Source: Octopus sinensis
Taxonomy: Eukaryota
NCBI RefSeq assembly: GCF_006345805.1
Contig: NC_042998.1
Coordinates: 144,646,001-144,710,000 of the forward strand
DNA length: 64,000 bases
Reading direction: 5' to 3'
Shown: positions 53,401-64,000 of the stretch, one piece after another
Numbering within the stretch: position 1 is the stretch's first letter
Layout: every line of letters starts with the position of its first letter
Notes under the pieces: generated by a model
The model's database searches: none
What the model saw: only the letters and a program-made list of their open reading frames with translations
What the model was told of the DNA's origin: nothing
Made by a program: the position numbers and the translations under genes

Positions 53401-54485
53401 AGGCTTATGGTGAAACTCTCTGCAATGGGTGTGGGGGATGACCTTTTTAACTGGTTGAAATCCTTCATCCTCAGCCGAAAGGAGGTAGTCACAGTTCTAG
53501 GACAGCACTCTACACCATATGAGATGTCATCGGGTGTACCACAGGGATCTGTCCTTGGTCCCCTCCTGTTTGTGGCATACATTAATGACATAGATGCCAA
53601 TTTAAAGAATGCCACAGTATTGAAATATGCAGACGACATCAAGCTGTACCTTGAAATCAAGAGGACTGATCCTGATGTCTACAACTCTTCCTGCAATCAG
53701 ACCTAGACACAATGCAGCAATGGATCACAGACTGGCAACTGAAACTGGCTGTGGACAAGTGTACCACCATGCATTTTGGGAGAAAAAACCCTGCGTCCAC
53801 ATACTCCCTCCACAACACTGATATCAAAAAATCCTCTTGCGAGCGTGACCTAGGCATCACTGTCAGCAGTGATTTGCGTTGGACAAAACATATCTCTAAA
53901 ATTGTCAAGAAGGCCGAGGGTGTCTTGGCATCACTCAGCAAGACTTTTGTTAGCCGCTCTCCAGCCATCTATTTAAAACTGTATACAGCTATGGTACGAC
54001 CACACTTGGAATTCGCATCATCAGTTTGGAATCCCTATCTTGCTCAGAACATTGACCTCCTGGAATCTGTCCAGAGACGTGCAACCAAACGCATACCCTC
54101 CATCAGACACCTACCATATTCTGAGCGCCTTGTTTCCCTGGGCATGGATTCACTGAAGCTCCGGCGTCTGGCGACGGACTTGGTAAACACCCACAAGGTT
54201 ATCAACCACCTCACCAACAACAACACTGAACACCTTTTTGATCTCCATGTGTCTAACACACGTGGACATGCCTACAAAGTCAGAAAACAGCACAGCTCCC
54301 ATGACTTTCGGAAACATTTTTTCACGCTCAGGGTTGCATCAGTTGTTGACTGCCATGACACTGCATCCTTTAAGGCCCTCATGCTTCCCGAAATCCGTCG
54401 AAACTACACCTGATTATATATACACTTTAGATGAGTTGTAGTGCACCTGAGCACTGTACACAATTATTATTATTATTATTATTAT
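50440..54485 (+). mobile_element. Full-length CR1/L2-group LINE (ORF1 with PHD-like finger and polyQ; ORF2 with APE endonuclease and RT), antisense to CIT
   Basis: ORF1 ATG at 50472, stop at 51619. ORF2 about 51664-54413 with LSLNARS, VTETW, GGGV.VYV, IAGDFNHP, SDH (APE) and GVPQGSVLGPLLF, KYADDIKLY (RT). (ATT)n tail; candidate TSD acacacat at 50432-50439 and 54486-54493; five inferred 1-nt deletions. Confidence 0.93.
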
Positions 54486-56148
54486 ACACACATACAAGAG
54501 GCTTCTTTCAATTACTCTTTTCCAAAACCATTCACAAGACTGGTCAGCCTAAGGCTGTAGAAGACATTTGTCCAAAGTGCCATGTAATGGAACTGAACCT
54601 AAAATCATGTAGTTAGGGAGTTAACTTAACCACACATCCATACCTGCATCCATAGAAGCTAGATATAAATAAATTCAAACAGAAAATTACTTTTCCTTTG
54701 AAACTGAAAAGAAAGCAATAGAAACGAAGTAAAATAAATTAATAAAGGGGTCTAAATCCCAGTATTTAAAGGACTTTAGAGTGGTTAATCCCTCAATTTA
54801 GCTCAATATGATTATACAATGTGGGAAGGATAGGGCTATAAAAAAATTTGTGCATGTGTATGTGTGTGCATGCACAAAACAGACAGTTGGTATGGGATAC
54901 AAGATGGATTGTCATTGTTTCACAATTTGGAGAAGGTTGCAGAAAGTATACACTAAGGAGCTGGTATTGATAACAAATAAAGTACATATAATGTAAATGC
55001 GATACATAAATGTATTAGATATGAATTTATGTTTAAGAAATGTGGCGTATAGAAAGAAACATAAAATGGAAGGAAGGAAAACAGTAAATCTGTTCAATAC
55101 TCTCCAGTACAGAAAAATGCATTAGAAATGGTGACTGTGCTCAACAAATAAATGATAAACTTGAGTACCAGAAGACAACATTACCAAAATCATAACACAG
55201 ATATCCTGCTTTTGTAACATTTCTTTGGTGATGTAAGTAAAGAGAAACCAGTCTCTGGCCCATAGATATGCTGCCTCTCTGTATTTTTTACTGCTGCTTT
55301 AACAGGCTCTACTGCTTGGAACTGCCTGGGCTCATGCAACTTCTACTCAAGGATACCTGATCTACTTGTGTCTCCTCTTGCCATCACCCTTGTTGTGTCC
55401 ACCCTAATCCACCCCCAAGCCCTTCAACAATCACTACACCCAGTCCTTCCTTTCCAGATCCTCCCTTCCAGCTCATGCCTTTCATTGCAGGTGTTGACTT
55501 AAAAAGTGGAATATTAATGGCATCAATTTCATCAGTCTAGGATGGTCCTGTGTAAGTCATGGGCACTGTCCCTTCCCCCAGATCCAGCAAAGTAGAAAGA
55601 AAAAATAAACAAGGTCACAAGTTTATATTACTGATATTATTTATGGTATTAAGGTTCACAGCAAAGATATATTCCCAGTCAAGGATACTAAGAATTAAAA
55701 TAAAAATAAAAGGAAAATCTGTCCACAGTAGAAATGTTAATATAAAGAGTTAGGGTTAACAACTGAAGAAAAGCACTTAGGATTGAGGTCTGTCATGAAC
55801 TCTAAGATTCATGAATTTAGAGTTCATAGAAACCATGGCTTATATGTGACTGATATTACAATATTCTCCATTAAACAAGATGCCAGTTTGTTGTGGGGTT
55901 AACCTCCTGGCAATTCCTGGAACTCATTTACAGCTGAGTGGACTGGAGCAATGTAAAATGAAGTGTTTTTGCTCAAGAACACAGCACATTACCTGATTCA
56001 TGAATTGAGGCCATGCTCTTATGATTATGAGTGTAATAACCTAACCACTAGGCTATACACTTTCATAAAAGGAAAACAATATCTTAGATAAAACAATCAT
56101 TTCTGGCAAATTATACCAGAAGAAAATATATCTTGTCTTTTAACTTAC

Positions 56149-56232
56149 TTTTATTCTTTCTTTGTGCAGACGTTCAATTTTCTTCATCTCATTCTTTTCA
56201 GAATTAAACTTCTCTGAGTTACGTTCAGTGTC
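56149..56232 (-). CDS. CIT: CIT coiled-coil exon (DTERNSEKFNSEKNEMKKIERLHKERIK)
   Basis: ctgac branch-like site, taaag acceptor, gtaagt donor, 84 nt, phase 0-0. An upstream in-frame acceptor at about 56310 is also possible. Confidence 0.82.
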
Positions 56233-56519
56233 CTTTAATAAAGTAGTACAACAGTCAGTAGAAATTACATGTCTGCAATTGTTGTTTTCAAAAAAATTAG
56301 TGAATCTTAGCTAAACCATATACAACTGTCTGAATTCCATAGAGAACCTTGGAAAGACTATGGGTACTGCCCATCCTCCACAAGTCAAATTTTAAAATAA
56401 GCAAAACAATGAATACACAGAGTACTATAAAACCACTGACAGACAAATATAAAAGAAGACAAAACAAAAAGAAATAATTATGAAAGGCACCCGATGGGCT
56501 TAAAACCTATGAGACTCAC

Positions 56520-56603
56520 CTCAATTTGCCTTGTTAGTTGTCTGCACTTTCTGTCTAGTCTCTGCTTCTCAATGGTTTCCAGTTCTAGCTTCTGTTCAAG
56601 TTC
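56520..56603 (-). CDS. CIT: CIT coiled-coil exon (ELEQKLELETIEKQRLDRKCRQLTRQIE)
   Basis: tatttag acceptor, gtgagt donor, 84 nt, phase 0-0. Confidence 0.9.
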
Positions 56604-57103
56604 CTAAATACAGTAAATAATGACAGTATAATTAAAATTAGGCATCCAAATATGTTATGTATACTGTAACCTTTTTTGTTTGTACCTACAGAGAACTCGA
56701 TGGTAGGCATCAGCACAGCACCAGACTACAGAACTATACTATAGTGTTACAATACTATAGAAATATAGTGCATTCACATAGATAACGGGGACAATGTATA
56801 CGTTACAAATAAATGTTTAGAAATCCATAAAAACAATGAGCAATGGCTGAACAAAAGGACAGAACACATATCAACTCTAATATTTATTTAAATAATACTG
56901 TTCACAGTTACTGTGAATACTTTGGATAACCAACAGAACTGCAAAGTAACTGTCAACACCATTTTATATATATTTCAAGGCACCAAAGGCTGCTTTTTTT
57001 TAATGCAGATTGTCTAAAGCAAGAATTTTCCCCAACAGCCAGCAGTAGTGAATATGGCCTTTATACCGGTCAAATAGCTCTCAAATATATTTCAACTGAT
57101 CTA

Positions 57104-58419
57104 TTGGGTTGGCAAGAAAGTAATTTTGGTTTTTTAGTATGAAATAAATTTTTTTTCATACAAAAAATGAACTTTAATCAATTATATTTTTTCCATTTTT
57201 TTTGGATGACCTTTTGCCAACTTTCTGGCAACTTCATGATTCTCTGCTCATAGAACTTCTGGTCCTCATCAGCCAAGTGCGATTTCAGGTCATCATCATT
57301 ATTGAAAGTTTTACCATTCAATGAATTTTGCAAACTTCGAAATAAATGGTAATCTGATAGTGCAAGGTCAGGGCTATATGGTGGAGGTGACATCCCTTCC
57401 CAACCAAGCTCCAATAATTTTTCACGAGTTAGCAAAGACGTGTGTGGTCTAGCATTGTTATGGTGGAACATGATTTCTTTATAATTTGCCAATTCTGGCC
57501 GTTTTTCTTTGATTGCTTCCTCCAGTTTCATTAGTTCCCTCTCTCTCTTTCGGAGAGCCACTGAGCAGCTAACGCACACATACACACACGGCAGTAACTT
57601 CCACCTACCAAATTCAATCACAAAGCTCCGGTCAGCTCGAGGCTATAGTGGAAGACACCTACCCAAAGTGCCACGCAGTGGGACTGAACCTGAAACCATG
57701 TAAACATCTGAACTGATTGTTTTTTCCTTGGAAGCAGCTCAAAATACACAACACTTTTGTAATCTCACCAAATAGACAGCATCATATTTTCCTGATGCAA
57801 TTAAGCTTTTGATGTGGTTTGTGCTGGTTCATTATGCTTGGACCATGATCATTTTCGATTGATGTTATTGTAGACAATCCAATTTTCATCACAAGTCAAT
57901 TTCATTGCATATCGCAAATATTGATTTGTTGTGTTAAGTGAACCTCTTTCAATTTATGTGGAACCCAAATATTGACCTTCTTAATGAGTCCAAGGCATTT
58001 TAAGTGATTTCCAATTGTTGTGTGTGATACATTTAATCTCTCTGCCATCTCTCTCACAGTTATATGACAATCAGATTCAAGTGTGGCTTTGATTCAGTCA
58101 TCAACAACTTCAGTAGGTCGACTAAAATGATGGTCATCTTTGAGTAAAAAATCTCCAGAACAGAATTTTTAAAACCACTTCTGACATGTGCATTCCATTA
58201 AGCAATCAACACCATAAACTTTACATATCTCTTTGTGAGCTCAAGCAGCTTTCTTGCCTTTATGGAAATAAAAAAGCAAAATATAGTGAAAATGTGCACC
58301 TATAAACAAAATTATGTGCAATTTGCTTCTAAAGAAAGCTGAAAGATAACATTGACAAAAGCCATTCAAAAAAATTGTAACCATTTGCAAAAAACGAAAT
58401 TACTTTCTTACCAACCCAA
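57104..58419 (-). mobile_element. Decayed mariner (DD34D) transposon with a SINE inserted at about 57560-57705
   Basis: TA-flanked TIRs ttgggttgg(c/t)aagaaagtaatt (21/22 match); ORF 57178-57621 contains FHHNNARPHT..PPYSPDLALSDYHLF. Confidence 0.92.
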
Positions 58420-61400
58420 TATATAGTTAATGTTTCATATTATGAGAAGCTACAAAATGGTAAAACTACTACTACCAGCACCACCATTACAGATTATCAA
58501 CAAATATTTTGGATAAAAAAACGAAAAGTTGAAAATGGAAACAAATCAACTGGAACATTTTAAAACAGCACGAATGTAAAAGTTGAGGAGGGGTGAGTAA
58601 AGAAATATTAAAAATAAAATGAAATTACCTTATTTTTATAGAAGGAAACAAAAAAAAAAAAAAGAAGTAACCCAAAACCTTTAGGTTAATTAGAAAAGCT
58701 ACCAAAATATATGTATAGATTATTTTGATTTTAAAGCTTTGACAAAAGAAATAGATAGAAATATTTTATTACAGTGAAATGGTTCAACAAAGAGCAAGTG
58801 AATAATAATAATGGTAGCTTAGATTATCATCATCAATTTTATCATTAATATTTTCAGTCCAAGTGACATACGAAAGATTCATTTATATATTATTAAATTC
58901 GTTTTAAAAAAACTTATTTTTTAGTATTGTCAAGTTCCTTTAGAAGATTCATATTTTTCATTATTCAGGTCAATTATTCATCATCATCATCATTATTATT
59001 AATATGGTGAGCTGGCAGAATCATTAGCATGCCAGGTAAAATGCTTAATGGGATTTCTTCCATTTTACCTGAGTTCAAATTCCTGCTTACATCCTGTTGG
59101 GGTTGATAAAATAAGTACCAGTTCAGCACTAGGGTCGAATTAATTGACTTATCCTCTCCCCACAAAAATTTGTGGCCTTGTGTCAAAATTTGAAGTTATT
59201 ATTAAGGCAGTGAGCTGGCAGAATCGTTAGCATGCCAGGTAAAGTGCTGAGCAGTATTTTGCCTCTCACTACATTCTGAGTTCAAATTCCACTGAGGTTG
59301 ACTTTGCATTTCATCCTTTCAGAATTAATAAATTAAGTACCAGTGAAACACTGGGCTCGATGTAATCAACTAACCCCCCACCAAATTTAAGGCCTCATGC
59401 ATTTAGTAGAAAGGATTATTATTATTATTATTATTCAGCTTCCAGAAGTAAACCAAATGACAACAAAGAAAGAATATTGCAGTTTCTATCAGTAAACACT
59501 GGTACCTGAGATAATTTTGATACCAAGATAAAAGAACAGTAGAACAGACAGGAGGTAGAAAAAATTACACAGAAAAGAATAAAAACACATGAAATGAAAG
59601 AGAGGAATTCAGTGAGGGGAAATAAAACATGAAATCAAACTTACCTTAACACAAAATTGATTTAAATTTTGATTTAAATAATTGTAGTGAATTTTGATAT
59701 GATTTTCATTTTAAAATAGTGTTGTGGAACTAATTATTGGCAACAAGTACATATATTTAAAGAATCATTAAAACATTTTAAGAAATAAACCTAATTCTAC
59801 AGTTGGTTTATGAGTAAAAGTTATGGCTCCAACATTGAACATAGGTAGCAATGATTATATATGTTGAAGAGTGTAGGCTTGAAACGTAAAAGAGTTTCTC
59901 ACTTTCCTGAGCATCAAACTAATACACCTGTCGTCTTTTGCTTTTCTGTAAATTTCAACTATATATATAAGTGAGAGAGAACAACTTAGTAGACACCTGA
60001 TATTAGAGTAGATGATGTAAAGGACTGTCATCTTAGAAACAATTCCTTCTATGGTAACAACACTAATATTTTAGTCAATCTACTTTCCAATACATACCAA
60101 CAACACTAGTACAATGGTTGCATAATTATAAGTATTTGTAGAACTATTCAACCTACCATAGTAAACACACACACAAAATTTAAACTATTTAACTGTCAGA
60201 GACAGATATATATTGGTATTTTCTGTTTAGCCATGCGCAATCAATAAATGAACAGTAAATGAAATTAATAACAGCAGTGATTAAACAATAAATTATTAGT
60301 GATAAGTATGGTATATTTCGTTACGACACTGCAGAAAACAATATCAGTCTATCTCTTTAGTGTCATTAAATTGGAAGACCACTGAATCAAACAATTTGTT
60401 GGTTGATGGTGGAAGCTTTATATGGTCACACAACCTGCTAGAAACAGTAATAACATCTCCCATAAATTATGCACTACCATCTTTCTAATGGACTGAGGCT
60501 AGACAACAATTTTACTGATTACCAATATAAGCAAAAAAAAAAAAATCGTAATTAAAAAGTATAAAATTATTTTTCTCCCCCAAAGCAGTACCTACTCTTG
60601 CAACGGACAAAAGAACATTTAGCGACTAATCCAAGGGAGGTTACTCTGGCAAATCTAGACTTATTTAATAAGAATTAATTCCCTTAAAACTAACCTTAAA
60701 ATCACAAATAAAAAGGGTAAATATCAAATAGGTGTCACTGTTAACACTACTGAAAGATTATTTTATAATAGGCAGGTAGCTGCAACAACATTTTATTAAA
60801 ATTGGTCTATTTATAGCATAAATAAGATGGAATTACTGAGGAAAAAAAAATCACTTTTGTAGAGAATTGAGAGTGATGTTTTATAAAGGAGGTAGAGAAT
60901 TAATGTAGTTGAACATTTAAACAAAATATTTCACATTGATGATAATATAACAGTTAATAATAGAATATAATTGCATTTCTCCAAGATTATTTCAGTAGGA
61001 AACCATAAGACTATCCTTGACATCGAAGTGGCAGTCAATATGTTAAATATTCTTGACCATGTGCAAGCATAAAAAACACATACAATGCTCCAATATTATT
61101 TAAATAAAAATGATATAAGAGACTATTTCCATTTTGACAAGAATCAGTTTTGGTCGAAATTTCTGACTGAGTTTTCAATTGTTTCATCAACTGAACCACT
61201 AAGCTTATTGAATCGGAATACAAAAATAGCTGAGTATGCCAAAGTCTGTGACTAAGCTGAACCTTTGAATTACAAATATAATCCATAACAGGTTTCAATG
61301 TAGTTTCCATTTATCCAATGTCACTCACAAAAATATAGGTTGAGCTAAAGCTTTATATTTAGTCAAGATTCCCACAGTGGGATAGAAGCGAGGATATTTT

Positions 61401-62629
61401 GATTGAGCAGTGCACTTCTTATCCATCCAGCCATACTGCAACCATAAACAACAGTTTCAAATTTTGGCACAAGGCCAGTAATTTTAGTGGGGAAAAGGTT
61501 AGTTGATTACAGTGGCCCCAGTACTTCACTGTTACTTTATTTTATCAATGCCGAAAGGATGAAAAGCTAAGATGACCATGGTGTCATTTGAACTCAGAAG
61601 ATAAAGAGCTGGAAGAAATGTCACTCAGCATTTTGACCTACTTAACAATTCTGTGAGTTTGCCACCTAGCATCTACAAATAAGAATAGCAATAATACACA
61701 CATTACTCCAACCAAGATAAAATCATCTTGAAGCATTTAAAAAATTCCATTTGTGATTCTACTGCTCTAATATGGTTCTGTTTCAATGCCCTCAGAGTTG
61801 CAGTGAGGCAAAGCAGGATTTAGAAGTGTTTGGTTGTATGGGAGGTGTTGAAGACTAAATATTAGCCTCAGAAGTAGTTGGAGAAATGAACAATGTCAAC
61901 CTGTCAGAAAAGGATCACAAGACATAATGGTGGATCTACAAGAGATGGAGAAGAGCTGGTGATGTTAGTTTATGAATAACATTATCAAGATTAGCAGAGA
62001 GACTTTGGAAAGAATGTTGATGAGCTATTTTTTGTTCAGTTGATGCAAACTAATTTCATCTTCATATTTAATCCTGCTTTGTTTCAACCAATATAAATCC
62101 AATATGTATCAACAGGATATTCTATCATGTTTTTCTTGTGATGAACTATTTATTCAATCTTGTAAAATAGATTCCTGTTTGCCAAGTCCTGCATTGCAGT
62201 GTTTAAAAAAATACACAGCAAAAGAATCCTTTAGCAAAATTTCAAACTTTCCAAATAATGTACTGTAACTTTTTAATACAGACATGTCCACACAGCTCTC
62301 TCTCTCTCTGCTATTTATTAAATTTCAGACTGTAGGTAGGATTTTAATTTTCTTGCAACCAAGTCACTTAAATTAGTCTTAACTGAATGTTTTCTGGCCC
62401 ATTGTCCAATAGCTCTGTCTTTGGAACACCAAATCTAGAGAATGTGGAACATAAAAAATGGCTTCCCTCCAAATTAACTATGATCAACACATTCCCAGTA
62501 TTTTGTACTGTATCCCTGATCTTTATGTACTATTTCCCAGAACTGTGGTTTAGGGCTTTTTATCAGTACATATATATTAAAATGCAATAATAATTCTCTA
62601 AACGAGATATAGACAGTAACTGCTCCATA

Positions 62630-62933
62630 ACATAAGGGACGTTAGCCATCTGAATGTGGCTAGGGACAGGGCAGGGCGGTGGGGGTGTTACTGATGCATT
62701 TAGCCCCAGGCGATCATCAACGTCACCAGGAGGGCTGACGTCAACACGGCGTCCTGTCCGTATGTGGCATCCGCTTCTTCGGGGAATGATCTCCCTTTGC
62801 AGGCTAGAGGACGCCGTGATGGCGTCAGCCCTCCTGGTGACGTTGATGATTGCCTGGGGCTAAATGCATCAGTAACACCCCCACTGCCCTGCCCTGTCCC
62901 TAGCCACATTCAGATGGCTAACGTCCCTTATGT
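62630..62933. mobile_element. GC-rich foldback (MITE-like) element with 126-bp arms and a 52-bp spacer
   Basis: Arms 62630-62755 and 62808-62933 differ at 4 positions; flanked by TA on both sides. Confidence 0.85.
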
Positions 62934-64000
62934 TATATTAAAATGATTTTTCAAGTATTTTAACAGTCTGAACATGAGACAAAAAACATCATTCCTAATA
63001 TCAGAATGTAATTGTAGCAAACTACTCAGCCATTTTTTAGTCCATTAAAAACATTAATATGACTGATGGTTTTATTAGGCATGTCAAGAATTTAAAAATT
63101 ATAGTGACAATATGAAGGCCCACAAAGCAATCTGCTAATAAGCTCACTGGGGAACATAAAGATCCTTAAAATATTTGTTCTACACCAAGTCACAGGCACT
63201 CTCTACTCCAGAAACACTGATTGGGTTATTGGAATAACACTCATTGTTGGCATGGGTCACATGGTTTGACAGCAGTTGCTGAGCCCAAGAATTGCATCAT
63301 GTTCTGCTGTCTACATTGGCATAGTTTCCATGACTGGATGTCCTTGAATGCCAAACTTTCACAGTGTACTGGGTACTTTTTCCATGCCATTGGCATTAGT
63401 GATATGGCTTTATTCTAGGATATGAGGATTAAGGTATGAGAGCAGGGCTGAGGTGGAGCAGATTCTTGTAGAGGAGCTAGCTACATGGCTGCTCATATCT
63501 AAAGGAAAGAAAGAAATTGAATCATTAAGAGAGGCAAAGAGATAAATAGTGGTGATAAGTAACTAGGGGGCGCCCATCAAGGTATAAGGTGAATAGAAAT
63601 GAGTAGGGACAGAGAAACTGAGTAGGTGGGTGGGTTGTAAGAATGTATGAGATAGAAATGGAAGTGGGGAGAGGAGACAGGCAATAACTGTAAAGATTGG
63701 GTGGGACTGAAGAGTGGTTGTAGGGAGTGATGCATATGGGGATGAGGATGGGCAATGATGCATGAATTGGAGAAGGTAGAAAGATACAAAAGAGAGCATC
63801 AGGATAGTAATGATGGTACAGTTGACTGGGTAGGCTGCAAGAGAAGGTGGAGAAATGCAGGTGGAGTGCACAAGGAGAGATAATTTGGTGGTCCATTGAG
63901 GGTGAGGAAAAGGTGAAAAATCAATGTAACGTATGGGTAGAGAGAACAATATTAATGGATGAAGAATGGTTAAAGAAATAAAATAAGTTGCATTAGAGGA

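Larger units (their letters stand above)
511..56603 (-). other. CIT: Citron Rho-interacting kinase gene, partial (coiled coil, Rho-binding region, C1, PH, start of CNH); extends beyond both window ends
   Basis: 23 minus-strand exons with GT-AG boundaries and matching phases join into one open frame. Motifs resemble vertebrate citron as I recall it: [33 protein letters not shown] (C1), VHSAVTAAELPNTATSDLLYIMKVE..TCWPGK.LYLMCMNFSDKQRWAAALE (PH), LLGGEEGLF (CNH). The domain order fits citron rather than ROCK or MRCK. Confidence 0.93.

Noticed and set aside
50466-54259. Several minus-strand ORFs opposite the LINE
   Set aside because: They are antisense shadows of GC-richer coding sequence with no recognisable domains.
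58627-58660. AAG|GT zero-length (recursive-splice-like) sites at about 58629 and about 20628
   Set aside because: AAG rather than YAG, weak context, and expected by chance in AT-rich introns of this size.
59645-59729. Strong orphan donor AAG|gtaagt with an upstream ttag acceptor
   Set aside because: The phase needed to join exon 56603 contains a stop. It could be a non-coding first exon, but nothing else supports that.
61035-61310. 91-aa minus-strand ORF with a short helical-looking segment (LMKQLKTQSEIST)
   Set aside because: There is no phase-compatible donor and no resemblance to citron. I found no supportable exon between 56.7 kb and 64 kb.
1-64000. Intronic C/D-box snoRNAs or tRNA genes
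   Set aside because: TGATGA motifs derive from retroposon tails, and A/B-box-like motifs belong to SINE heads. No full cloverleaf or C/D pair with a terminal stem could be supported by eye.

Overview
This is AT-rich animal genomic DNA, very likely from an octopus (inferred from the SINE and RTE repeat families, not proven). The whole window lies inside one large minus-strand gene that I identify as citron Rho-interacting kinase (CIT / Drosophila sticky). I could chain 23 GT-AG exons from 56603 down to 511 with compatible splice phases. They encode a long coiled coil, the Rho-binding region (QQMKLIDYM...AKKKK), a C1 domain, a PH domain and the start of the CNH domain. No kinase-domain exons were found; they presumably lie beyond 64000. 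The introns are packed with mobile DNA: tRNA-derived SINEs, RTE LINE 3' fragments, a 4.05-kb full-length CR1/L2-type LINE plus a second 3' copy, an internally deleted Gypsy LTR element, piggyBac, mariner, Merlin and Dong/R4 remnants, MITEs and microsatellites. The most interesting observations are: (1) a phase-locked, apparently mutually exclusive exon pair (48561-48625 basic versus 47410-47507 acidic) in the coiled coil; (2) the full-length LINE with a PHD-like/polyQ ORF1, whose only frame lesions are single-base deletions; (3) a near-perfect 126-bp-arm GC-rich foldback element; (4) an unusual 93-nt exon with a UG/GCAUG/UGC-rich acceptor; and (5) a near-identical 764-bp tandem duplication. 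All analysis was by eye and no database searches were run.
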